A stretch of DNA of 38,433 nt from Bacteroidales bacterium. GTDB taxonomy: Bacteria; Bacteroidota; Bacteroidia; Bacteroidales; UBA7332. A program made the position numbers and the translations under genes. Positions 1 through 8,236 of the stretch are shown here, piece by piece. The stretch spans positions 1 to 38,433 of the forward strand of contig JBOFDD010000141.1 in NCBI GenBank assembly GCA_051646645.1. The letters are read 5' to 3'. Position 1 is the first letter of the stretch. Every line of letters starts with the position of its first letter. Under the pieces are notes generated by a model that was not told the origin of the DNA, ran no database searches, and saw only the letters and a program-made list of their open reading frames with translations.

Positions 1-2
1 AA

Positions 3-131
3 ATCCTCTGGCGGTTCATCAAATACAGATGGCTACCTTTCGATGCTTTTCTTAACTTCCAAAATCTCAAAGAACGCCTGAATGATACACTGAACAAAAT
101 CGGAACAAAATGTATCATTAATTTTTATTGA
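3..131 (+). CDS. 3' end (42 codons) of an unidentified CDS that starts upstream of the window
   Basis: Frame 3 is open from the window edge to TGA at 129-131 (ILWRFIKYRW...GTKCIINFY*). It ends 1 nt before the stop of the convergent ade-like gene. Too short to assign a family. Confidence 0.3.
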   Translation: MLWRFIKYRWLPFDAFLNFQNLKERLNDTLNKIGTKCIINFY

Positions 132-1124
132 TTACTTAAGAGCATCTTTTTCCTTATCGAAAACACATTTTCCGTTTATATATGTCTCAAGTATATCAAA
201 CTCTTTTAAATCCTTTACACGAATAAAATCAGCGGGATCACCTGCATGAAGAAGTCCGACAGGTAATTTATAATGATGTACAGCATTAACAGATGCCGCT
301 TTAAGCACATCGAAAAGATCATAACCGTCCGAAATAGCTTTGATCACAATTTTATTTATATGTCCGTTTTTCAGCAGATCATCCGGATGGGAATCATCTG
401 TGCAAAACATGATTTGATCCGGATGTGTCTGTATCAAATCTTTTAAAGCGTCATAATTCTTTGCAGAACTTCCTTCGCGAATAGAAATCTGCATCCCTTC
501 TCCAATCTTTTCTATGGCCTCGGTTAATGATGTACATTCATGGTCGGTATCTATACCATAGCTGTATGCCCGCAGAGCTTCACCGGATAATCCGGGAGCA
601 TGTCCGTCAACAGGGAGGTGCAGAGTCTGAGCAGCAGAAAGTTTTTTAAGAACATCCGGGTCACCGTTTATTACTCCGGGATAGTTCATCATTTCCGATA
701 GGCCAACGAATTTTCCACTCTTTAATAATTTATACACCATCTCACCGTCTATCTCCGCTCCGCTGTGATCAAAAGGAGTAGCAGGAACGCATGATGGTAC
801 TGTGAAGAATATTTTCAATGGTCCGTTCTTCGCGGAGTTTTGCATAAACATTATTCCGGGAACCCCCATAACATTCGCAATCTCATGAACGTCCGTAACA
901 ATAGCAACTGTACCTTTGCTTACCGCAAAACGCGAAAATTGCAAAGGTGTCATCATTGAGCTTTCAATATGCACATGACTATCAATAAATCCGGGCATGA
1001 TGAACGAGTCATAACTATTATCCTTCTCTTCGATTGACGCAATCGAATTATTGCAGATTGAAATTTCAACCGGATAAATCCTTCGCTGCTCAACATCAAC
1101 TAAGTTTCCACAAATCTTTTCCAT
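132..1124 (-). CDS. ade: Adenine deaminase-like amidohydrolase, short form (330 aa, catalytic domain only)
   Basis: PGFIDSHVHIESSMMTP (HxH metal site), GHAPG, TDHE and FCTDDSHP match the amidohydrolase core of the adenine deaminase family. The usual C-terminal domain is absent. Confidence 0.75.
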   Translation of the reverse strand: MEKICGNLVDVEQRRIYPVEISICNNSIASIEEKDNSYDSFIMPGFIDSHVHIESSMMTPLQFSRFAVSKGTVAIVTDVHEIANVMGVPGIMFMQNSAKNGPLKIFFTVPSCVPATPFDHSGAEIDGEMVYKLLKSGKFVGLSEMMNYPGVINGDPDVLKKLSAAQTLHLPVDGHAPGLSGEALRAYSYGIDTDHECTSLTEAIEKIGEGMQISIREGSSAKNYDALKDLIQTHPDQIMFCTDDSHPDDLLKNGHINKIVIKAISDGYDLFDVLKAASVNAVHHYKLPVGLLHAGDPADFIRVKDLKEFDILETYINGKCVFDKEKDALK

Positions 1125-1229
1125 CTTTGAATCATTGATTAAAGAATAGCATAGCGAACCTTTAAATAATAGAACAATGCATGACCATACTATGTTTTAG
1201 ACAGAAACAGGATCTTGATCAAATACAAA

Positions 1230-1262
1230 AAGGGAGAAAAAGTAATATACTCTTTCTCCCTT
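1230..1262 (-). terminator. Rho-independent terminator-like hairpin downstream of the porin gene
   Basis: AAGGGAGAAA (1230-1239) pairs with TTTCTCCCTT (1253-1262). On the minus strand the stem is followed by TTTGTATTT. Confidence 0.5.
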
Positions 1263-1281
1263 CTCATTTATGTTTCAGGTA

Positions 1282-2571
1282 TTAAAATCCCAGTTCGACC
1301 TGGAATCTTATTTCATATGGATTGTACATGCTCTTTGGCATACCTTTCTTGTAATTGAAAGATGCATCAGCCTGAATTTTCAGATTGTGGCCAAGGATAT
1401 AGCGTGTTACGCCAATTGTTGACTGATTAAAATAGTCATATCCGACATCAGATTTTACTTTATTGTCCGGTAAAAGCGTTGAATTACGAAGAGCAATTTC
1501 CCACTTACTCGGGAATAAATAACTTGTTTGTACGTTTACACCATTTCCGGTATAGATTGTCTGATCAATTTTATCGTCAACCATTATATACGGATCGTTA
1601 CACACACGTCCCATCCAGTCTGTATAGAAAGCAAATCCACGATACTTAAGGATGAAGTCAAAGTAATAGTTTGACAGATTACGCGATTGATTTCCTGCAA
1701 TCAGATCACCCGTTTCGCCTCTTACTCTTTTTGCACGGTCATTAAAACTATATCCTCCTGCAACAAGAATCTTAGGTGTGGATTCACGCTCATAGTCTCC
1801 TTCAAATACATCACCTAAAGCTTTAAAGCGGCCTAAAGGGAATAGTTCAAGGCGGCCTGTATATGCGAAACCACTTTTCTGAGCGCTTTGGAAATTTCGA
1901 CCATCACCGCTTGTTACGGATCCGCGTGCAACGATGTTGAAGTCATTAAACAAACGAGTGTTGTATTCACCGAAGAAACCGAAATCCCGGTCAATATTAA
2001 ACTCTGAATTCACGATTGAACGATCCACAAACTGCAATGCACTTGAAGAGTTCGTACGTGCACGGTTTGCTTTAATTTTTGTCTGACCAAAACCAATGTT
2101 CCAGGTTGCGTTTGGAATATAATATACCATCGCATCGCGGACGATGTTCATGTTACCGTTAACAGGTTTAGAGTCATACGGAGTAAAACCTAACTGAATA
2201 GAATATGTAAGTTTTGGAGAGTAAATGTAACCATCAAAACGAAGACGAAGACGTTTTACCTGTGCTTCTGTTTTGTCAAGAGAGAACTGATCGTTGAATG
2301 ACATCCCTACCATGTTTTGCATGCGGAAGCGCATTGTCAGTTTATACCATTTGTCTTTAGGCTGAAAAGTAACCCCTTTACCGACCTCAATGTTTGGCAT
2401 ATTCCGGATTTGATCCAATAGAGCATCATCCGCAGGAATCATATAGACTGAATCCTCCTCAAAGAGTGTCTTGATTTTGTTCTGAGCACTAACCGGAGAA
2501 ATATTCGCCAGACTCAATAAGAATAAAAGTAAGAATGAAAACCGGATACTTTTAATTTGATTCGCTTGCAT
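1282..2571 (-). CDS. Phosphate-selective porin O/P family outer-membrane beta-barrel
   Basis: ORF 1282-2613. The internal ATG at 2571 gives a clean signal peptide, MQANQIKSIRFSFLLLFLLSLANISPVSA/Q. KRLRLRFDGYIYSPKLTYSIQLGF and the aromatic C-terminus ..RFQVELGF are typical of Bacteroidota porin O/P proteins. Confidence 0.75.
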   Translation of the reverse strand: MQANQIKSIRFSFLLLFLLSLANISPVSAQNKIKTLFEEDSVYMIPADDALLDQIRNMPNIEVGKGVTFQPKDKWYKLTMRFRMQNMVGMSFNDQFSLDKTEAQVKRLRLRFDGYIYSPKLTYSIQLGFTPYDSKPVNGNMNIVRDAMVYYIPNATWNIGFGQTKIKANRARTNSSSALQFVDRSIVNSEFNIDRDFGFFGEYNTRLFNDFNIVARGSVTSGDGRNFQSAQKSGFAYTGRLELFPLGRFKALGDVFEGDYERESTPKILVAGGYSFNDRAKRVRGETGDLIAGNQSRNLSNYYFDFILKYRGFAFYTDWMGRVCNDPYIMVDDKIDQTIYTGNGVNVQTSYLFPSKWEIALRNSTLLPDNKVKSDVGYDYFNQSTIGVTRYILGHNLKIQADASFNYKKGMPKSMYNPYEIRFQVELGF

Positions 2572-2749
2572 AAGTTTGTTATTGTTTACTGGATGCAAAA
2601 GTAATTTAATCATAAATTCACGCCAAAATAACCCAATTACAATTCTGTTACATAGTTGTTTAAGTTTTGTTGCAGTTCCCGGTGTGGATATGAGGTTATT
2701 TAAATATTCACTTACATTATCAGTTAATATGCAACTACTTTAAACGAAA

Positions 2750-2784
2750 GGAAGGCAGAGCTAATCGTATTAACTCTACCTTCC
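2750..2784 (-). terminator. Terminator-like hairpin at the distal end of PUL-1
   Basis: GGAAGGCAGAG (2750-2760) pairs with CTCTACCTTCC (2774-2784), with one G-U pair in the minus-strand RNA. Followed on the minus strand by TTTCGTTTA. Lies about 155 nt past the GH110 stop. Confidence 0.45.
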
Positions 2785-2939
2785 ATCCTGATTTACTCAT
2801 CTTATTCAGACGTCCTCCGGTACTAATTGTTGTGTGTTTTAGACCTGTGTTTATATAATTTATTTTGCACCGGAAGTGTCGGATATAAGATGAAAAAACG
2901 ATCCTTCCTTTTAACGGGTCGGATTAATAAGCAATGCGA

Positions 2940-4793
2940 TTATTGAATTGAGATCTTATTCAATTCCGAATCATTGATTTTCGTATCAGACTTCTGATCA
3001 AATCTGATATTGTTGTTTTCTACCGTAATATTTGTTGCTCTTTCAAAAAAGAAAGGCATCTTGTTCCAGTGAAAAGGTGCGTAATCGGAATTACGGATGA
3101 TCTTATTTTTCTTGAAAGTTAATCCGTCTATCGATTTTGCATATACAAGAGGAGCATCAAACACTTCGAATACATTATTCTCAATGATTACTCCTTTTCC
3201 GTCTCCTCCATGGAAATATTTCTTCTGATCTTTCAGATTAGGGATTTCCGGATAGATGGAGATTACGGCATTAGTAAACTGAAACTGGCTTGTCAGTGAG
3301 TTCTTGAAACTGTTATTGCGAATAATCACTTCTCTGCACGCACCTGTTTCGTACCATCCGTTGCAATCGCCACAAAGCAGAATTGCTGTTCCTGATGTGT
3401 GATCAAATACATTCTTTTCCACAATCGTTTTTTTCGGAGTACTGAATAGTGTACCCCGTGCACGGTTGTTTCGGATCAGATTATTAGCAAAGTATACTTC
3501 CGGCGTCCAGGTGAGATTTTCAATGCCAACCGGATCGTTCTCATCAAATGAAAAAGGAAGGGCCTTTTCAAATTTTATTTCAAATAGTTTAGCCCCGTGT
3601 TCTGTCGGTTTATCTATTGCTTTTATTGATACAACTTTATTTGTCCCATCAAACAGTTCCATTGTTTTTGATGAAACAAACTGCACTTCATCCCCCGGTC
3701 GCCCCCATTCGAATCCCCAGGATTGGGAATGCATATAAGCTGCTTCAACAGTTGTTGCATTAATCTTACGTTTGATATTCAGATAGGTGCCGTGAACGTT
3801 AATCGCATCATCCATCATGTTTTCGTATAGTCCGTTAACTGAACGGATATAGCCTTTGCAGGCGGAGAAATGAGTGGCGTCAGCCTGAGTGGTGAAATAG
3901 CGCGGATCTTTTTTGCCGCGCAGGAAGATATTGAATTTATCTAAAGTAATATTTTCAGTCATCTGAGCCAGTAGTCCCATACCTTCCGCATAATGAATAT
4001 TGATATTCTCCAGAACCACATCTTTTGAATGAGTAACAAATACCCCCGGTGTTGGTCTGTTATAACTTCTCATAGCTATCACAGTCCCCGGAATCAATTT
4101 TGCATTCTTCCATGATTTAGAACGGATTGTGCGTGGTGCAATTTCTTCCACATTCTTTACTCCGAGCCCTATGTCACTTGTGTTGTAAACAAGGTGTTTT
4201 GTCTTTTCCTCAAAGGCAATACCCCACGATGGAGTATGACTCCATCCATCGCCATAAACAGTCAGATTATTATTCTCGATACGATAGTTAACCCAGGGTG
4301 CAATTTCATATACCACTTCTCCAGTTTCCGGATTATTTGATTTAATCTGTACCTGAGCAATGTGCGGATTTGGGAAGTCAACATTGAAGTTTTTCAGTGT
4401 TATTGATGAATCTCCGATCACAGAGACAGGCAACATTCTACCGTGAAATAAAAAATCTGATCCTTTACCATCCAGAGTCAGGTTGTTGAGCCCTTCAATT
4501 GCAATCCCAACGGACTTTGGGTTAGCCTGATCATGATTGGATATATAATACTCTTTTTGGGCAGAGCCTTCAGGGAGAAAATTATAGGTTCCTTTGTCAA
4601 ATTCGATTGTAATTTTATCACCTTCAGAAGTCATCTTCTTTATTTCAGAGAGCGCTTTATCAACCAGAGGAGAGCAGTTTTCAGAAGTATTTGGCTTAAC
4701 TCCGAAGTCAGATATTCTGAATTTTATGTCTTTAGCGGATAATATTGAAGCGAATGAGAATAAAGAAATTAAGATCGTTTGTTTCATTTTCAA
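2940..4793 (-). CDS. GH110 alpha-1,3-galactosidase (blood-group B antigen-type exo-galactosidase), secreted
   Basis: Signal peptide MKMKQTILISLFSFASILSA. EYYISNHDQANPKSVGIAIEGLNNLTLDGKGSDFLFHGRMLP, NFNVDFPNPHIAQVQI and NNRARGTLFST...SGTAILLCGDCNGWYETG match the right-handed beta-helix GH110 (GlaA/GlaB) family. Confidence 0.85.
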   Translation of the reverse strand: MKMKQTILISLFSFASILSAKDIKFRISDFGVKPNTSENCSPLVDKALSEIKKMTSEGDKITIEFDKGTYNFLPEGSAQKEYYISNHDQANPKSVGIAIEGLNNLTLDGKGSDFLFHGRMLPVSVIGDSSITLKNFNVDFPNPHIAQVQIKSNNPETGEVVYEIAPWVNYRIENNNLTVYGDGWSHTPSWGIAFEEKTKHLVYNTSDIGLGVKNVEEIAPRTIRSKSWKNAKLIPGTVIAMRSYNRPTPGVFVTHSKDVVLENINIHYAEGMGLLAQMTENITLDKFNIFLRGKKDPRYFTTQADATHFSACKGYIRSVNGLYENMMDDAINVHGTYLNIKRKINATTVEAAYMHSQSWGFEWGRPGDEVQFVSSKTMELFDGTNKVVSIKAIDKPTEHGAKLFEIKFEKALPFSFDENDPVGIENLTWTPEVYFANNLIRNNRARGTLFSTPKKTIVEKNVFDHTSGTAILLCGDCNGWYETGACREVIIRNNSFKNSLTSQFQFTNAVISIYPEIPNLKDQKKYFHGGDGKGVIIENNVFEVFDAPLVYAKSIDGLTFKKNKIIRNSDYAPFHWNKMPFFFERATNITVENNNIRFDQKSDTKINDSELNKISIQ

Positions 4794-4813
4794 TGGGTAT
4801 TAAGATAAATAAT

Positions 4814-4849
4814 GAGGCTATTCAAAACTATAACGTAATGAACAGCCTC
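4814..4849 (-). terminator. Intercistronic hairpin between the GH109 and GH110 genes (attenuator or processing site candidate)
   Basis: GAGGCTATTC (4814-4823) pairs with GAACAGCCTC (4840-4849). The stem is 10 bp with one position that is G-U in the minus-strand RNA, and both sides are flanked by A/T-rich runs. Confidence 0.3.
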
Positions 4850-4864
4850 TTTATTTTGGATTAA

Positions 4865-6247
4865 TTATTTCTGATGAAACTCAAGTTTCTGATACTTATT
4901 CCAGCCGCCTCTTGTGAAATCAGGAATTTCAACAGGAGCAGAATTGTTATCCAGAGAAATTTCTGTAAGTGGAGCAAGACAGCACCATTCAGCAAGATCA
5001 TAAACATCCATATCTAAAGGAAGACCGTTTTGCAGGCAGTAAATCAGACGATAATCCATGATAAAATCCATTCCTCCGTGACCACCTACTTTTTTCGCTT
5101 TTTCTTCGATGTCTTTAACGATAGGGTGTTTGTATTTTTGCATCAATGCTTTTCTCACATCTTCAGGAACGAAGTCATGAGCGCTCAGATCTTCGTGGTT
5201 TGGAGTAATATCAGATCCAAGATCTTTACCGTCCAGCGCATATCCTTCAACCGGATACTTGTTTGCAAAACCTTTAGTTCCGCTCAATTGATAAAGGCGG
5301 TTGTAAGGACGAGGAGATGTTACATCATGCTGAATCTGAATCGTTTTACCTTTTTCTGTACGGATCATAGTCATTGTATGATCTCCGTTACGGAATTTAG
5401 CCGGTTCTTTTCCTGTTGCTTCTTTAATGTAAGCCGGGTTTTGAAGCGGTTTTGTATCCATCGAAACCAGGTAGTTCATTTTATCACCACGGTGAATATT
5501 CAATGCCTGACAAGCAGGACCCATACCGTGAGTAGCATATATGTCACCTCTGTGATTCTGGTTATAATCCATACGCCAGTTATTCCAGTAGGATTTCCAG
5601 TATGGTTGCAATGCATGGATGTAAGCTCCTTCAGCGTGAATTAATTCACCGAACATCCCTTGCTGAGCCATGTTTAGCGTTGTTAGTTCAAAGAAGTCAT
5701 ATACACAGTTCTCCAATTGCATACAGTGTTTGCGAGTACGTTCCGAAGTATTGATTAATCCCCAGATTTCGTCCATGGTCATTGCCGCAGGAACTTCAAT
5801 AGCCACATGCTTTCCGTCATTCATAGCCTGAATACCAATTTTAGCATGGCTTTTCCAGTCAGTAGCCACATATACCAGATCAACATTCGGAAGAGCTGTA
5901 ACCTTTCTCCATACCGAAGTGTCACCGCTGAACTCAAGCGCTTTTGCACGACCGGCTTTCGTAAGATATTGATTAACTGCTTCCACACGTGCAGGAATTA
6001 CGTCGCAAATAGCAACAATCTCAACACCGTCTACCTGAGTCAGGCGATGTACCGCACCAGGACCGCGCATGCCTAATCCGATAACAGCAACGCGTACTGT
6101 CGGGATAGGATCACATTTTAGCTGAAGTACGTCTGTCTGTCCTTTAGGACGTTTAGGCGTAGGTGTTTTTATAATCTGAGCCTGAGCCAGTGGCGCAATT
6201 AATGCCACTAACAGGCAGGATAAAACAAGTTTCTTTAGTCGTTTCAT
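4865..6247 (-). CDS. GH109 NAD-dependent alpha-N-acetylgalactosaminidase (Gfo/Idh/MocA fold), secreted
   Basis: Signal peptide MKRLKKLVLSCLLVALIAPLAQA. Rossmann motif VRVAVIGLGMRGPG. QLENCVYDFFELTTLNMAQQGMFGELIHAEGAYIH, THGMGPACQALNIHRGD, SPRPYNRLYQLSGTKG, GHGGMDF and DVYDLAEWCCLAPLTEISL...VEIPDFTRGGW closely parallel the Elizabethkingia NagA-type GH109 enzymes. Confidence 0.85.
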   Translation of the reverse strand: MKRLKKLVLSCLLVALIAPLAQAQIIKTPTPKRPKGQTDVLQLKCDPIPTVRVAVIGLGMRGPGAVHRLTQVDGVEIVAICDVIPARVEAVNQYLTKAGRAKALEFSGDTSVWRKVTALPNVDLVYVATDWKSHAKIGIQAMNDGKHVAIEVPAAMTMDEIWGLINTSERTRKHCMQLENCVYDFFELTTLNMAQQGMFGELIHAEGAYIHALQPYWKSYWNNWRMDYNQNHRGDIYATHGMGPACQALNIHRGDKMNYLVSMDTKPLQNPAYIKEATGKEPAKFRNGDHTMTMIRTEKGKTIQIQHDVTSPRPYNRLYQLSGTKGFANKYPVEGYALDGKDLGSDITPNHEDLSAHDFVPEDVRKALMQKYKHPIVKDIEEKAKKVGGHGGMDFIMDYRLIYCLQNGLPLDMDVYDLAEWCCLAPLTEISLDNNSAPVEIPDFTRGGWNKYQKLEFHQK

Positions 6248-6265
6248 AATTTGTAGTATTTATAT

Positions 6266-6447
6266 AAGTAATATCAATAATTTACTGTAACATTTTAAAT
6301 ATGTATTTAATCTAAGATTTCGGATTCTTTTAGGTCTGTTTTTATTTTTCAAACCTTGATTTAGCCGGCTAAATCTGCATTTCGAAAAATAAAAACAGCC
6401 TCTAAAATTATCTCGAAAAATGTAACATTAAATTCTTTCTATCACTT
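6266..6447 (+). repeat. Copy A of a 182-bp PUL-boundary intergenic repeat (partner at 31703-31884)
   Basis: Ungapped alignment with 31703-31884 at a constant offset of 25437 bp, with about 20 mismatches in 182 positions by eye. It fills the whole susD-1 / GH109 intergenic gap. No ORF. Confidence 0.9.
6358..6375. promoter_or_regulatory. Perfect 18-bp palindrome GATTTAGCCGGCTAAATC inside repeat copy A (operator or hairpin candidate)
   Basis: The sequence equals its own reverse complement. Copy B (31795-31812) keeps both 8-nt half-sites and changes only the central dinucleotide (CG to CC). Confidence 0.4.
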
Positions 6448-6450
6448 CGA

Positions 6451-8217
6451 TTAATAACCCGGATTCTGATCTCCCTCAAGTAGCGGGTTGTAGTCAATTG
6501 CACTTTGTGGAACCGGCATTAGCATCAGACGATCCCCCCATGCTTTATCAACAACTTTATATCCACTCGGAGCATATGTTGGTCCGTTCATCACTTTTGC
6601 ACAATAGTCCGAACCATATCTGCGCATATCATCGTAACGGTGCCCTTCAGCAGCAAGCTCAATACGACGCTCGTTACGAACAAATTCCAAAGCATCCTCT
6701 TTACTGCCGATCGCAGCCGGTACATTTGGCATACCGCAACGGTCTCTCAGATCATTAAGCACATCCATAACCTGAGTATCCCATCCTGCATTCTGAATGC
6801 GTGCTTCTGCAAATGTAAGTAGTACCTCAGCATAACGGATAACCGGATAGTCCTCCACATTTGCCCAGTTGTCATAAGCCTGTAAAGCTGTCATCTTGCG
6901 ATAGTTGTATCCACTCCACGATTCGTTACCATCTTTACCTGCTTTAGAAGGATCCCAGCGATAATAGAATGTTCCTCCTTTGAAGTCAGTTTCGTGCCAT
7001 CCTTTGAATGGGAACAGCATAGAAGCGTACAGACGTGAATCGCGATTACGGAATTCTTTCATATACTCATAATCTGCAAGATTCATTGTTTCTACTTTCT
7101 TAATGTACGAAGTCTGATCCAGGTCTTTTACCTCATTGTAGATCGTCGCATAATTAGCAGCTCTTGTATCATGTGAAATCGCAGGACGAATTGTTTTTCC
7201 GTCAATATCCCAATAAGCATCAATCAGATCCTGCATGGGTTCGAAAGAACAATAACCTGAAACAAGCTGGCTCGGGCGGATGTACGTATAGCGTGTCCAG
7301 TCGTAGTTATTCGGGTCTGCCATGTAGCCACGGGTAAGAATGTACTCCGGATTTCTCGGATTCGCATTTTCTTTGTGCCAAAGAGCTTCGTAGCTAAACA
7401 TCCCTTTGATGAACTTATCCTTATCAATACCTTTAGCTTCGAAATCAATATACTGATACATCTCATTTGCTTCCTGTTTCTGAGCATCATTCAATTCTGC
7501 AATGCGGAACAAAGCATGCTGATTGCTTTCAATTACAGCACGAGCCGACTTTTCAGCTTCCGTATAATTTTTGAAATACAGGGCTGCTCTTGCACGAAGC
7601 GCATTTGCAGCGTGAGACGTAATACGTCCGCGTTCATTCATTGTTCCACCATCGTATGAATCAGGCAGAATTGCAGCAATCTCAGCCAGTTCAGCCAGAA
7701 TAAATGCACGTACCTCTTCCACACTGTTACGTGCTACCGGAGGAGCATCAAAAGGTAATACAGTTGTGATAATAGCTACCTTTCCAAATTTTGTTGTCAG
7801 ATCAAGATAAGACAAAGCTCTGAAGAAGCGGGCTTCGGCTTTCATTCTGTTACGAAGCGTTTCTGCCATTTCGCACTTATCCACATTCTGAAGAAAGTTG
7901 TTTACAATACGAATCGTCGAAAAGTCATAACCTCTGTTTTCAGATGCTGTAAGTCCATTTTGCTGGATTAGCTCAAACGGACCTTCCCATGGTTTATGAC
8001 TGTGAGAGTTATCCGTACACATCTCATCCCAGATATCCATTCCCGGCATTTGTGCGTAGCAGGCATTGATTGCATACCATGCATCTTTATCTGTTTTCCA
8101 GAAGTTCTCTTCTGCAATATCTGAAGGTGGTACTACATCCAGATTACAAGAGTAAAGGCTTCCTGCAAGAAGGGCTATTGCCACATATTTCATTGAATTG
8201 ATATATCTCTTTTTCAT
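6451..8217 (-). CDS. SusD/RagB-family nutrient-binding outer-membrane lipoprotein (PUL-1)
   Basis: Lipoprotein signal ..ALLAGSLYSC. Lies directly downstream of the SusC-like gene. ARFFRALSYLDL, ALRARAALYF, RYAEVLLTFAEA, ERRIELAAEGHRYDDMRRYG and LMPVPQSAIDYNP are SusD-family hallmarks. Confidence 0.9.
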   Translation of the reverse strand: MKKRYINSMKYVAIALLAGSLYSCNLDVVPPSDIAEENFWKTDKDAWYAINACYAQMPGMDIWDEMCTDNSHSHKPWEGPFELIQQNGLTASENRGYDFSTIRIVNNFLQNVDKCEMAETLRNRMKAEARFFRALSYLDLTTKFGKVAIITTVLPFDAPPVARNSVEEVRAFILAELAEIAAILPDSYDGGTMNERGRITSHAANALRARAALYFKNYTEAEKSARAVIESNQHALFRIAELNDAQKQEANEMYQYIDFEAKGIDKDKFIKGMFSYEALWHKENANPRNPEYILTRGYMADPNNYDWTRYTYIRPSQLVSGYCSFEPMQDLIDAYWDIDGKTIRPAISHDTRAANYATIYNEVKDLDQTSYIKKVETMNLADYEYMKEFRNRDSRLYASMLFPFKGWHETDFKGGTFYYRWDPSKAGKDGNESWSGYNYRKMTALQAYDNWANVEDYPVIRYAEVLLTFAEARIQNAGWDTQVMDVLNDLRDRCGMPNVPAAIGSKEDALEFVRNERRIELAAEGHRYDDMRRYGSDYCAKVMNGPTYAPSGYKVVDKAWGDRLMLMPVPQSAIDYNPLLEGDQNPGY

Positions 8218-8236
8218 AGTTTTTTCATTTAATGGA

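Noticed and set aside
5030-5644. 204-aa plus-strand ORF lying antisense within the GH109 gene
   Set aside because: The opposite strand encodes a full-length protein with many GH109 family motifs. This ORF is F/S/R/V/H-rich low-complexity sequence with no start context or recognisable motif, which is typical of a shadow ORF.
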